Positions 1-9,744 of a stretch of DNA of 64,000 nucleotides are shown here, one piece after another. Below the pieces are notes generated by a model. That model did not search any database, was not told the DNA's origin, and worked only from the letters and a program-made list of their open reading frames with translations. A program made the position numbers and the translations under genes. The DNA is from an uncultured delta proteobacterium (GTDB lineage: Bacteria; Desulfobacterota; Binatia; UBA9968), in NCBI GenBank assembly GCA_963816145.1, contig CAWFJP010000014.1:192001-256000 (forward strand). The letters run 5' to 3'. How positions within the stretch are numbered: the stretch's first letter is position 1; each line of letters begins with the position of its first letter.

Positions 1-362
1 GCGGTGGACGGCCGCAGCACCGCGTTCTCCAATTGCTGCTGGGTGAGACCGATGGCGTTGGCGAAACGAATCGCCAGCTCGTTGTGACCGGCGCTGCCGG
101 TGTCCATGCCGCGAGTCTCTTCTTCAACCACGCCCCAGAGCTTTTGCGCGATCTCCGGATCGGTGCAGGCGAGGTAGCGCAGCATCGCGATGCGCGGCAC
201 GACGGCGCGAAATTGATAGTCTTGAATCGCCCAGGCGCGAATTTGCTCCATGGTGGCGGTGCCTTCGCAGACCGCTTTCAAGAACGGATGCTTGATGCGG
301 ATCTTGGGGAACGCCTGGATATCTTTCTTCAGTTTTGCGACAAATTCTGCGGATGTGGCCAT
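1..362 (-). CDS. TenA/PqqC/CADD-like (heme-oxygenase-fold) iron-containing redox protein, partial (runs off window start)
   Basis: Manual translation from ATG 362 (RBS GGAGGA): MATSAEFVAKLKKDIQAFPKIRIKHPFLKAVCEGTATMEQIRAWAIQDYQF...EEETRGMDTGSAGHNEL. HPF...W..Q and EE..G...H motifs are typical of this family. Absent from the ORF track because its stop lies outside the window. Confidence 0.75.
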   Translation of the reverse strand, partial: MATSAEFVAKLKKDIQAFPKIRIKHPFLKAVCEGTATMEQIRAWAIQDYQFRAVVPRIAMLRYLACTDPEIAQKLWGVVEEETRGMDTGSAGHNELAIRFANAIGLTQQQLENAVLRPST

Positions 363-400
363 TGTGAAATTCCTCCTCTATTGCTTAATCCGATGGGACG

Positions 401-470
401 TTGGAGTCATGGAGTGCTGGACTGCGGCAAGGACCACAACTCCAGTGCTCCAATACTCAATTACTCCGAT
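401..470. repeat. Palindromic 8-nt-period repeat (TGGAGTNN units mirrored by CTCCAATA-like units)
   Basis: ttggagtcatggagtgctggactgc...caactccagtgctccaatactcaattactccga between two genes. Confidence 0.55.
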
Positions 471-1189
471 TGGTCTTTGTTTCGGCTCAGCCGGGTGACG
501 AAATATTCCCAGCCGCGCAGCGGAAAACGTTGGTCGGCGTTATACACTTCCAACTCTTCAGCAGTGAGATATTTCGGTTGGCCGTGCAAGAGGGCCAAGT
601 GATTCCACTCGCCCAACATCGCTAACCTGGTGGTGCGCTCGATCATCTGCTCTACGCTTTCGCCGACGACCGCGTCGCCGTGAGCGCGCATGAGGACCGC
701 CGGTCCGTCGCCGAGCGCGGCTGCCAAGTCGTTGCCGCGCTCGAGCGTGCGCACTAAGCCAACGCCCTCGTACACCGGCGGGCCGTCGGCGGAGAGAAAC
801 TTGCCATAATGGTGCAGCGGTTTGAGCTTGATCGGCAGCACGCTGAAGATCGTGCTCCATTTCGAGTGGGTATGGGCCACGCTGACGATTTCCGGACGGG
901 CTTTGAAAATGCAGGCGTGGATCGGCCATTCGTTGGGCGGGGTGGTGGCACCGTCGAGGTGGTTGCCGGTGAAATCCTGCATGATCAAGCGGTCGCGCGT
1001 GACCGATCCAGGGCTGATATTGGCGATGGTGATAAACGCGTCGGCGCCAGGCACGCGCACGCCGACGTGGCCGTATCCGTCAGTAACCCCTTCATGATCG
1101 AGAATATGACAGGCGGTAATCAGTTTGTCGGTGAGCTCTTTGAGCTCGGCGGAGTCGATGGTGGGAACATCTTTGCGATTGGTGGCCAT
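461..1189 (-). CDS. Class II aldolase/adducin family protein
   Basis: GYGHVGVR, PPNEWPIHACI, SVAHTHS, LMRAHG motifs; likely start MATNRKD at 1189. Confidence 0.9.
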   Translation of the reverse strand: MATNRKDVPTIDSAELKELTDKLITACHILDHEGVTDGYGHVGVRVPGADAFITIANISPGSVTRDRLIMQDFTGNHLDGATTPPNEWPIHACIFKARPEIVSVAHTHSKWSTIFSVLPIKLKPLHHYGKFLSADGPPVYEGVGLVRTLERGNDLAAALGDGPAVLMRAHGDAVVGESVEQMIERTTRLAMLGEWNHLALLHGQPKYLTAEELEVYNADQRFPLRGWEYFVTRLSRNKDQSE

Positions 1190-1262
1190 GCCGGTTCCTT
1201 CACGCGGATTGCGCGATAAAATCATCTGTTCGCCGCGACTCTAGTTGCGGTTATTCTAGCTG

Positions 1263-1985
1263 TCAAGCACCGCGCCGCTCACCCAAGCGGCTCAAAAAAT
1301 ATTCCCATGGGCGGGCGGGAAACGATCGGTCGCCGGCGAAAGTCGCCAACTCTTCTTCGGTCAAGTAATCCGGTCCGCCGTGGACCGCCGCCAAGTGCGC
1401 CAACTCGCCGAGAAACGCGAGCTGAACCGTGCGCAGAATCGCCTGCTCGACGCTGGCGCCGACGACGGCGTCGCCATGAGCGCGCAGCAAAGTGGCTGCG
1501 CCGTCTTTCAAGGTGTCGGCCAGCGCCTGGCCTCGCTCAACGGATGTGATCAGTCCGGCTTTGGGATAGATCGGCGCGCCGCCAACGGGAAGAAATCGGC
1601 CGTACATATGCGCGGGGCGCAGCCCTTTCTTGAGCACGCTGAAAAGCGCGCTCCATTTCGAATGGGTGTGGCACACGCTCATGACGTCGGGCCGCGCGCG
1701 CATGATGCAAGCGTGGATCGGCCATTCGTAAGGCGCCGGTTTGGCGCCGCCGAGATAGTTGCCGTCGAAGTCGAGCAAGACGAGCTTGTCGAGCGCCGCA
1801 CAGCCGGGGCTGACTTGAGCGATCGTGAGAAGCGCCGACTGTTCCGGAATCCGCACGCTGACATGGCCGAATCCGTCTGTGATGCCTTCGCGATCGAGGA
1901 TCAGACAGCCATTGACGACTTTCGCTTTGAGTTCTTTGAGCTCGCTGGAATCGAAAGCAGGTCCTTTGTACTCACTCGCAGCCAT
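1263..1985 (-). CDS. Class II aldolase/adducin family protein (tandem paralog)
   Basis: GFGHVSVR, EWPIHACI, SVCHTHS, LLRAHG; clearly homologous to 461-1189. Confidence 0.9.
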   Translation of the reverse strand: MAASEYKGPAFDSSELKELKAKVVNGCLILDREGITDGFGHVSVRIPEQSALLTIAQVSPGCAALDKLVLLDFDGNYLGGAKPAPYEWPIHACIMRARPDVMSVCHTHSKWSALFSVLKKGLRPAHMYGRFLPVGGAPIYPKAGLITSVERGQALADTLKDGAATLLRAHGDAVVGASVEQAILRTVQLAFLGELAHLAAVHGGPDYLTEEELATFAGDRSFPARPWEYFLSRLGERRGA

Positions 1986-2123
1986 CGTTACTCCTTGAGT
2001 TATTCGTTTCGTGGTCTCATGGTTCTAATCGCGGGCGAACAGGGAGTCAAGGAGAGTCTTTGTATGCTGGTGTAATGACTCCTGATCGGTTAGTTTTCGT
2101 AACGAGCATGGCAGCACCCGACT

Positions 2124-2690
2124 ATGAATGACTCGATGACCTCGCTAAAACCTTTTACTCTTGGCCATGGTGGCGCGGAAACCATTCAAGTCAAGCGTTG
2201 GTTACGTTGAACAGAATCTTTTGCGGATCTACTTATCTGGTGAAAGGTGACATTCGCACGCTGAAGATTCCGGAAAAGTGTTCATCTCATCGTGTCGATC
2301 GACTGTGGGAGCATACATGTTTCGAGGCGTTCATCCGTGCCGATCGGCGATCCGTCGTATTACGAGTTCAATTTTTCACCGTCGGGTGAGTGGGCGGTGT
2401 ATTCGTTTCGCGGTTATCGCGATGGCGGGCCGATTCAGGACGAGGAGCTGGCCCCTGATATTGTCGTTTGTTGCATGTCGATCGAATCGAGATCGATGCA
2501 GTCGTGCACTTGGATCGATTGTCGATGATTCGAACCGGTTCGATTGCTGCGGATCGGTCTGTCGGCGGTTATCGAAGCCACCGACGGCACGTTTTCCTAC
2601 TGGGCGCTGAAACATCCCGCGGCGAAGCCCGACTTTCACCACCCCGATTCTTTTGCTCTTGAGCGAGCTTTTCCTAGCCAGGGCGCGTGA
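2124..2690 (+). pseudogene. DOMON-like domain protein, multiply frameshifted (possibly sequencing indels)
   Basis: Fragments in different frames: LWEHTCFEAF / YYEFNFSPSGEWAVYSFRGYR / AVIEATDGTFSYWALKHPAAKPDFHHPDSF; this family is often found next to DUF1343. Confidence 0.7.
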
Positions 2691-2711
2691 TTGCGTTTAA
2701 AATAGATTTCT

Positions 2712-3917
2712 ATGAGATTTGGCATCGACCGACTGCTAGAAGAACCGGCGTTGCGCAAACCGCTCTCCGGCAAGCGCGTGGCCTTACTCGCCCATCCGGC
2801 ATCGGTGACGCGGGATCTGGTCCATTCGCTTGACGCCTTGACGGCACTTTCGGGTATCAAGCTAAGCGCTGCTTTCGGCCCGCAGCATGGGCTGCGCGGC
2901 GACAAACAGGACAACATGATCGAGTCGCCTGATTTTCTCGATCCGGTACATAATATTCCAGTTTTCAGCCTCTACGGCGAAGTACGCCGGCCGACGGCGG
3001 CGATGATGGATAGCTTCGATGTCTTGCTCGTCGATCTGCAGGACGTGGGTTGCCGCATTTACACGTTTATCACCACGCTTCGCTACGTTCTCGAAGCGGC
3101 GGCGCATTTTAGGAAGTCTGTTTGGGTGCTTGACCGGCCCAACCCTGTGGGCCGGCCAGTTGAGGGATTGCTGCTCCGGCCCGGTTGGGAGAGTTTTGTC
3201 GGCGCCGGCCCGCTGACCATGCGTCATGGCCTGACGCTCGGTGAATTGGCGCAGTGGTTCGTTAAAACTTTGAGGCTCGATGTCGATTGCCAAGTCGTAC
3301 AGATGGAGGGATGGAATCCAGACGGCGGTCCCGGCTTTGGCTGGCCGCTCGGTGAGCGAAGTTGGGTCAATCCCAGTCCCAATGCGTCCAATCTATCGAT
3401 GGCACGCTGCTACGCCGGCACCGTCATGCTCGAAGGCACGACGCTTTCCGAAGGGCGCGGCACGACCAGGCCCTTGGAGCTGTTCGGCGCACCGGGCCTC
3501 GACCCGCCCGCGCTGCTGCAGAAGATGGAATCCCTCGCCCCCGATTGGCTGCGCGGTTGCCGGCTGCGAGAGTGCTGGTTCGAGCCGACCTTCCACAAAC
3601 ACGCCGGCAAACTCTGCGCTGGCATTCAGATCCACGTCGACGATCCGCATTACGATCACGGTGCGTTCAAGCCCTGGCGCTTGATGGCGCTGGCGTTCAA
3701 AGCGCTGCGCTTGTTACAACCGGATTACGAGCTCTGGCGGGATTTTCCCTATGAGTACGAGAAGGACCGGTTGGCGATCGATCTGATCAATGGCGGAGAG
3801 GTGCTGCGACGATGGGTGGATGATCCAACCGCGGTTGTAGCGGATATTGACGCACTTGCGGCTGTCGACGAATTGGCGTGGGCCGATGAGCGGCGATCAT
3901 GCGAATTGTACAAGTGA
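2712..3917 (+). CDS. namZ: DUF1343 / exo-beta-N-acetylmuramidase NamZ family
   Basis: FGPQHGLRG, DLQDVGCRIYTF, LDRPNP, RHGLTLGEL, WVNPSPN, LSEGRGTTRP motifs. Confidence 0.88.
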   Translation: MRFGIDRLLEEPALRKPLSGKRVALLAHPASVTRDLVHSLDALTALSGIKLSAAFGPQHGLRGDKQDNMIESPDFLDPVHNIPVFSLYGEVRRPTAAMMDSFDVLLVDLQDVGCRIYTFITTLRYVLEAAAHFRKSVWVLDRPNPVGRPVEGLLLRPGWESFVGAGPLTMRHGLTLGELAQWFVKTLRLDVDCQVVQMEGWNPDGGPGFGWPLGERSWVNPSPNASNLSMARCYAGTVMLEGTTLSEGRGTTRPLELFGAPGLDPPALLQKMESLAPDWLRGCRLRECWFEPTFHKHAGKLCAGIQIHVDDPHYDHGAFKPWRLMALAFKALRLLQPDYELWRDFPYEYEKDRLAIDLINGGEVLRRWVDDPTAVVADIDALAAVDELAWADERRSCELYK

Positions 3918-4000
3918 TGTTATCGAAGACTTCTGGAATTTTGGTCGTGTCGGTTCGGTGCAAGGCGACGTCCGGTATTGTGCGGCGAACTTAAAATGAA

Positions 4001-4030
4001 GATGGATGCCGGCGTCCGCCGGCATGACAG
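4001..4030. repeat. REP-like palindrome (TGGATGCCGGC..GCCGGCATGAC family)
   Basis: gatggatgccggcgtccgccggcatgacag; related copies near 5996, 6069, 41266, 54726, 55920, 58487. Confidence 0.7.
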
Positions 4031-4048
4031 TCTTGCACTGATCCGTAT

Positions 4049-5047
4049 TTATTTCAGCCCCAGACTCCTGACGAAGCCGCTCTCGTCCAATTCCTTCACG
4101 ATACTGTCGTCGAGAATTTCTTCCACCTTGACGTCCTTGACCTTGGGATTGTCGCGGGCGGTAAAGTCGATCAGGGTTTTCCAGCCGCGGTTGACCGGGT
4201 AGGGGACTTTAGCGCGGATCTTGTTCACGTAGATGTCGTAGGCGACTTCCAGGATTTCGTCGTCGTTGACGCCGCCGTGGCTGGCCAGCAATTTTTTCGA
4301 CAGCGGTTTGTTTTCTAGGTTTACCTTGATCGCTTCGAGGTAGGCTTTCATGAAGCTGACAACCACCGGTCTCTTGGACTGCATGAACCGGCGCGTGGTG
4401 GCGACGCCGTTGAACGGGAAGTCGCCGCCGAGTTTCGAGATATCGATGAGCGTGTTGTAGCCCTGGCGCGCAAGCAGTTGCGCGAAGGAGTTGCCAAGAC
4501 CCATGGCTGCCGCGGAGATTTGGCCGGCCTGGAGCGCCGTGTAAGTTTCGCGCAGGCCGCCGGTGTAGATGACTTTCACGTCTTTGTCCGGCACCAGCCC
4601 ATGATGGCTGAGGCCGAAGCGCGCCCAATAGTCTGTGTTGGCGCCGCGCCGGGTGACGCCCACCGCTTTGCCTTTGAGATCATTCGGTTGCTTGATCTCG
4701 GGGCGCGACATGATTTGCGCCGCCATGCTGTTGATGATGGTGGCGATGAACACTGCGTCGACGCCCGCGGCTTTGCCGAAGAGCACGGCGGAGCCACCGA
4801 TCTGGCCGATCTGCACGTCGCCCGAGATCATCGCCTGGATGATTCTTGTGCTGCCGCCGAGATAGACTGTGCTGACATCGAGGCCGTACTTTTCGAACAA
4901 GCCGGTTTTTGACGCGGTGATCAGGGTCAGTTCGGACGGGCTGATCGATGAATAACCGGCGACGAGTTTTTCCGCGGCGGAACCATGCCGCGTCAGGGCA
5001 GTGCTGAGTATGACGAGGGCGACGAACGCAATGGATAGTTGTCTCAT
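4049..5047 (-). CDS. ABC transporter substrate-binding protein, NMT1/SsuA/TauA type
   Basis: Signal peptide, GLFEKYGLDV, DLKGKAVGVTRRG, C-terminal DDSIVKELDESGF. Confidence 0.85.
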   Translation of the reverse strand: MRQLSIAFVALVILSTALTRHGSAAEKLVAGYSSISPSELTLITASKTGLFEKYGLDVSTVYLGGSTRIIQAMISGDVQIGQIGGSAVLFGKAAGVDAVFIATIINSMAAQIMSRPEIKQPNDLKGKAVGVTRRGANTDYWARFGLSHHGLVPDKDVKVIYTGGLRETYTALQAGQISAAAMGLGNSFAQLLARQGYNTLIDISKLGGDFPFNGVATTRRFMQSKRPVVVSFMKAYLEAIKVNLENKPLSKKLLASHGGVNDDEILEVAYDIYVNKIRAKVPYPVNRGWKTLIDFTARDNPKVKDVKVEEILDDSIVKELDESGFVRSLGLK

Positions 5048-5187
5048 CGATTCCCTCCCATCGATCGTACCGGTCCTATCAGAGTGGCGGCGGAACCGTC
5101 AATTGCTTTATGCCATCGGCTAGAATCACGTTGACGGCGAATCGTTGCCGCATTATAAGCGAGCTAGCAAATCACCGGAGGTGATCC

Positions 5188-5955
5188 ATGGGCAAGCTCA
5201 GACATATCGCCTTTATTTCCAACGAACCGAAAGTGCAAAGCGATTTTTACCAAAAGTATTTCGGTTTCGAGGAATGCAAGGTCTTTCCCAGCGGCTCGCG
5301 CATGGTGATCGACCCGTTGTTCAATCTCGCCTTCTTGCAGCAGGCGGCCGTGTCGGTGGCGGTTTCCGGGACGCATCGAGCCGATGGCAGCGAGACCGAG
5401 TTGACGGTGGGAATACATCACTACGGTTTCCTGGTGGACAATTTGGAGCAAGCGGTCGCCAAATTGCCGGCGGGCGTAACCCGCGGTGCCAACCCGCAGA
5501 TCTCCGCCGGCGTCTCTGGCCCCGAAGCGGCGCGGCCAGCCGAAGTGCGTTTCATCGACCCCTGGGGCAACAACGTCGATCTGTCGTCGCGCGGTTATTT
5601 GGGGCGAGAAGAAAAGAAACTTCCCGCCGTGCGTCTACTCGCTGTGCAGGTGCCCGATTTGGCCGCGGCGTGCGAGTTTTACCAGCAACAGTTCGGTCTC
5701 GAGATCGCCGGCTGGACCGATGACGGGACAATTCGCTTGAGCGACGGCACGCTGACGCTGATGTTGACCAAGTCACAAGTGCGTCCAAAGGGTGGCGTGC
5801 AGTATTTTGGCATTCAGGTGAGCGATATTACCGGTCTCAAGAAGCGCTTACAGGACGGCGGTGTGGCAGTTTCGGATAACACCAATGGGCAGATTCAGTT
5901 TAACGATCCGGAAGGGAATCGGGTTGTGGTATCGGAAACTGGGTGGGCGAATTGA
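5188..5955 (+). CDS. VOC/glyoxalase family protein (two domains)
   Basis: KLRHIAF, GIHHYGFLV, DPWGNNVDL, DPEGNRV; RBS GGAGGT. Confidence 0.85.
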   Translation: MGKLRHIAFISNEPKVQSDFYQKYFGFEECKVFPSGSRMVIDPLFNLAFLQQAAVSVAVSGTHRADGSETELTVGIHHYGFLVDNLEQAVAKLPAGVTRGANPQISAGVSGPEAARPAEVRFIDPWGNNVDLSSRGYLGREEKKLPAVRLLAVQVPDLAAACEFYQQQFGLEIAGWTDDGTIRLSDGTLTLMLTKSQVRPKGGVQYFGIQVSDITGLKKRLQDGGVAVSDNTNGQIQFNDPEGNRVVVSETGWAN

Positions 5956-5995
5956 AATAGTTTTCTGCCAGCATTCCGTGATCGCAAAGTAAAAT

Positions 5996-6102
5996 CTGGA
6001 TGCCGGTTTTCACCGGCATGACGACTATGGGCGCTCTCCAGTTCTCCCTCGAATCTCTTATCCTTTTCCGTCATTCCGGCATGTTTTAAGCCGGAATCCA
6101 GG
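5996..6102. repeat. Pair of REP-like palindromes
   Basis: ctggatgccggttttcaccggcatgacga and cgtcattccggcatgttttaagccggaatccagg between convergent genes. Confidence 0.7.
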
Positions 6103-6161
6103 GGAGGCGGGGAGGTTCAGCACGGCTGCTTCTCATCCCGTAAGTTTTGTTCGCGCGCTGT

Positions 6162-8075
6162 TCAGGTTTTTGCGCCAAGTGCCCGCGCGATATAATCGCG
6201 CCGAACCTTGGTGCGCGGAACTTTGCCGGTAAACCAGCTCCGCACATCGGCGTCGAGGCCGATGCCGTGCATGTAGTTGTACAACGCCTTGTTCAGGGCT
6301 GTGCCGAGGGCGTCGTGGTCGACGCCGATGGGGTCGAGGAAGCCGACGTCGTTTTTGGCGAACGAGATCTCCGGCAAAGGGACGAGCGTGACGCCGTATT
6401 GTTCGGGATGCTTGCCCACCGGTGAATGCACCGTGCAGGCAAAGCGGTGGAAGAAGCCTGACTGGATGCAGCCGGCTATGAACAATTGCCGGACATATTC
6501 GAGGGCATCAACCGTGTCTTGCACGGTTTGGGTCGGGAAGCCGTACATCAAATAGGCGTGGACGAGAATGCCGGCGTCGGAAAATGCGCGCGTGACTCTG
6601 GCGACTTGCTCGACGCTGACGCCCTTCTTCATTAAATTGAGCAGGCGGTCGGAGGCGACCTCGAGCCCGCCGGATACCGCGATGCAGCCGCTGTCGACGA
6701 GTTCTTGGCAGAGCTGCGGCGTGAAAGATTTCTCGAAGCGAATGTTGCCCCACCATGAAATGGCCAGCTTGCGTTTCTTGATCTCGGCGGCGAGTGCTTT
6801 CAAGGTTTTTGGCGGTGCGGCCTCGTCGACGAAATGAAATCCGGTCTGTTGGGTTTCGGCGATGACGGTCTCGATGCGGTCGGCCAGGGTTGCGGCGGCG
6901 AGGTCGTCGTAGCGCGAGATGTAGTCGAGGGTGACGTCGCAGAAACTGCACTTTTTCCAGTAGCAGCCGTGGGCGACGGTGAGTTTGTTCCAGCGGCCGT
7001 CGGACCACAGCCGATGCATCGGGTTGAGCATGTCCAGTAGCGACAAGTAGCCGTCGAGCGGCAGTCCGTCCCAAGTCGGCGTGCCTACTTCCGCGAATGG
7101 AATGTCGGGCTCGCGTGCGTCGATGTAGCGGATTGTGGATTTATCGGCAGTGCGCCGGAAGGTGCGAACCAAATTGCTTTCGGGCCGGTTGCCGCCCAGA
7201 TATTCTAATAACGCCAACAGCGGCCGCTCGCCGTCATCCAAGGTGACATAGTCGAAATAATCGAACACCCGCGGCTCGCTCAGTTCGCGCAGCTCGGTGT
7301 TGACATAGCCGCCGCCGAGCGCGGTGATTATCGATGAATCGCGGGCTTTGATCGCCTGGGCGATGCGAAACGCGGCGTACACCGAGCCTGGGAACGGCAC
7401 CGAGAGCAGCACCAGATTCGGCGCATGGCGCGCCAGCGCCGCCAGCGTTAGGTCACGCAGTGTGCTGTCGACCAGATTGAGCGGCGCGGCCAGCGCTTCG
7501 GCGAGGGGATCGAAGGTCGGTTGGCTTTGCGCTAGAGACTCGGCATAGCGGACGAACTCAAAGCGCGGGTCGACGGCCTCGCGCAACACGTCGGCGAGAT
7601 CATCGAGGTAAAGAGTCGCCAAGTGTTTAGCGCGGTCTTCTATCCCAAGCGCTCCGAACGCCCAAGCCAGTGGATCGTCGGTGCCGCCTTGCAGATAAAA
7701 ATCTATTGGCTTGAAGCGCGGCCCTTCGGGAAGGAATTGCCGTCCACAAATGCGATGCGCCAGGGTCGGATCACGCCCCTGCAGGAACGCGATGGCGGGG
7801 GTGATCGTCGAGAGATAACGGTCGAATTTCTGGAGAAATGCTTTGGCGATCGGCGAACGCTTGCGCTGCGGGATCGCCTCGGCACGGTCCCGGATGGCTA
7901 ACAGCCCGTCAGTGGAAAAAAGCTTTAAGACTAGAGCCAATGCAAGATCTTCCTGCACAGCATCGAAACCCCGCGAGCGCAAGAAGCCGGTGAGATATGC
8001 CGTTGACGGATATGGCGTATTTAGCTGAGTCATCGGTGGGATTAGCGACAGCACGCGAATAGAATTGGTCGACAT
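6162..8075 (-). CDS. B12-binding-domain radical SAM protein
   Basis: PPMTQLNTPYPSTAYL N-terminus, GCYWKKCSFC (CxxxCxxC), FHFVDEA, SGGLE, AYLMYGFP. Confidence 0.9.
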   Translation of the reverse strand: MSTNSIRVLSLIPPMTQLNTPYPSTAYLTGFLRSRGFDAVQEDLALALVLKLFSTDGLLAIRDRAEAIPQRKRSPIAKAFLQKFDRYLSTITPAIAFLQGRDPTLAHRICGRQFLPEGPRFKPIDFYLQGGTDDPLAWAFGALGIEDRAKHLATLYLDDLADVLREAVDPRFEFVRYAESLAQSQPTFDPLAEALAAPLNLVDSTLRDLTLAALARHAPNLVLLSVPFPGSVYAAFRIAQAIKARDSSIITALGGGYVNTELRELSEPRVFDYFDYVTLDDGERPLLALLEYLGGNRPESNLVRTFRRTADKSTIRYIDAREPDIPFAEVGTPTWDGLPLDGYLSLLDMLNPMHRLWSDGRWNKLTVAHGCYWKKCSFCDVTLDYISRYDDLAAATLADRIETVIAETQQTGFHFVDEAAPPKTLKALAAEIKKRKLAISWWGNIRFEKSFTPQLCQELVDSGCIAVSGGLEVASDRLLNLMKKGVSVEQVARVTRAFSDAGILVHAYLMYGFPTQTVQDTVDALEYVRQLFIAGCIQSGFFHRFACTVHSPVGKHPEQYGVTLVPLPEISFAKNDVGFLDPIGVDHDALGTALNKALYNYMHGIGLDADVRSWFTGKVPRTKVRRDYIARALGAKT

Positions 8076-8311
8076 AGATATTTGGGATGTTTAAGGTCTA
8101 TATCCCTGTTTCAACTAACCCAGCATTAGCACGCACAACAGGAAAATAAACGGAGATCTTGCACAAGCCGGGTGTCCGAGTTTTTCGATCAGCCCGGCTC
8201 GTCTAATGAAACGCTGTACCGTGACGATCTTGAAAAACGAACACGAGCCACGATCGCGCGGCAACCCCTTGACGCTTTCGGCGTGACCGGTGTAGTTGTG
8301 ACGATGCCAAG

Positions 8312-8336
8312 ACGGGCGTATGCCATACGCCCCTAC
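8312..8336 (-). repeat. GTAG-type REP palindrome
   Basis: Minus strand GTAG-GGGCGTAT-GGC-ATACGCCC: GTAG tetranucleotide followed by a perfect hairpin. Confidence 0.6.
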
Positions 8337-8415
8337 GGCGGATTTAACAATAGTCTTGCTTTGCGCCTTTTGCGTTCTTTGCGGTTAAATCGTTCCGAGT
8401 CCAAGGAGGTCAATA

Positions 8416-8790
8416 ATGCGCGTGCTCAAAATCAACGATCTTAAGGAAACCCCGATGGACACGGCAACGCCGATCGCCGGCTGGACCGGCGGGGCGGTGA
8501 GCCGGACGCGGCAGGCGGTCATCGGCGATGGGCAGTCGGACAACTTCCGCTGTAACGTGGTCAACTTTCGCGTCGGCGCCACCACCGGCTGGCATGTCCA
8601 TGACTGCGATCAGATTCTCGTGGTCACGGCCGGCAAAGGCTTCGCCGCGACGGAGAGTGAACAGCGCGAGATCACCGTCGGCGATATCGTGCATATTAAA
8701 TCTGGCGAGCGCCACTGGCACGGCGCTTCGGCGGATTCGCCGCTGTCGCATATCACGGTGACGACGGTGGGCAGCACTTCGAAGCATTAG
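8416..8790 (+). CDS. Cupin domain protein
   Basis: TGWHVHDCDQIL...GKG and GERHWHGA cupin motifs; RBS AAGGAGG. Confidence 0.88.
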   Translation: MRVLKINDLKETPMDTATPIAGWTGGAVSRTRQAVIGDGQSDNFRCNVVNFRVGATTGWHVHDCDQILVVTAGKGFAATESEQREITVGDIVHIKSGERHWHGASADSPLSHITVTTVGSTSKH

Positions 8791-8850
8791 CCGGTCGGTT
8801 ATGATTTTGGGCGAAGGTTTGGTATCGGGACCGTTCCAAGGAGGATTTTC

Positions 8851-9741
8851 ATGGAAATTATCCGCGGCAACTTGAGCGATATCAAAGGCATCCCGCCGAG
8901 CGGTTTATGCGTCGGTGTGCACCGCGCCGGCGCGGTGCATAAGAAGATGGTCGCCAAGCATGGCGACGGTCTGGCGGTCTGGTCGCTTAGGCCCGATCTC
9001 GATTTCATCGCGTTCAAAAAGGAAGGCCTTGGTGAACAGGGGATTCGCTCGACCAACGACATGGCATCGATCGACGGCAATGAAAAACTGATTTATGGCG
9101 TGCGCGGCGCGCCGCCCGAGGTGCGCGAAACGGCGCGCGAGAAAGGTCTGACGCTGCTCGCCGACGCGACCTGTCCCTTTGTTTTACAGCAGGAAGAGGC
9201 CGAGATCGAGCTACTCAACGACGGGCGCCACTTGGTGTTACTCAGTAGTCCTACCCATCACGGCGTGCCGAGGATTCAAGGCATCGCGCGGACCAAGGGT
9301 AAAGAAGTCTTTATCGTCGAGCATGAGGACCAGGTCGACTCGATCCATCTGACTCGATTCGAACCCATCGGCGTGATCGTGCAGACGACTTTCTGGGTGG
9401 AAACCTACAAGAAAATCGTCGCCCGTTTACTGGAGCATTTCGCCAACGTGCAAATTCGCAACACTTCCTGCATCGACTCGCTGCAGCGCCTTCCCGAAGT
9501 CGAGAAGCTCGCCAAGCAAGTCGAAGCGATCGTTATTTTTGGCTGGACCGAAGGGATGACCACCCGGATGCTCGAAGTGGCGCGCGCTTTCAATCCGAAT
9601 GTTTACAAAATCGAGAAGGTGGACGATCTCCGGCTCGACTGGCTGCGCGGCAAGGAAACGGTCGGTATCATCGGTGCCAACGAGACACCCGAATGGATGA
9701 TGAACGATGCCATCGAGCGTATGAAGAGCATGGTGGCCTGA
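8851..9741 (+). CDS. Divergent IspH/LytB-fold [4Fe-4S] reductase (probably not a functional HMBPP reductase)
   Basis: Three cluster Cys retained (SGLCVGV, DATCPFV, NTSC) plus QTT, but the VHN, AHG, HPE, SSN and GAS motifs are altered; RBS AAGGAGGA. Confidence 0.8.
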   Translation: MEIIRGNLSDIKGIPPSGLCVGVHRAGAVHKKMVAKHGDGLAVWSLRPDLDFIAFKKEGLGEQGIRSTNDMASIDGNEKLIYGVRGAPPEVRETAREKGLTLLADATCPFVLQQEEAEIELLNDGRHLVLLSSPTHHGVPRIQGIARTKGKEVFIVEHEDQVDSIHLTRFEPIGVIVQTTFWVETYKKIVARLLEHFANVQIRNTSCIDSLQRLPEVEKLAKQVEAIVIFGWTEGMTTRMLEVARAFNPNVYKIEKVDDLRLDWLRGKETVGIIGANETPEWMMNDAIERMKSMVA

Positions 9742-9744
9742 ACC

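Noticed and set aside
8851-9741. Annotating as canonical ispH
   Set aside because: Diphosphate-binding and catalytic residues are substituted, so the gene symbol is withheld.
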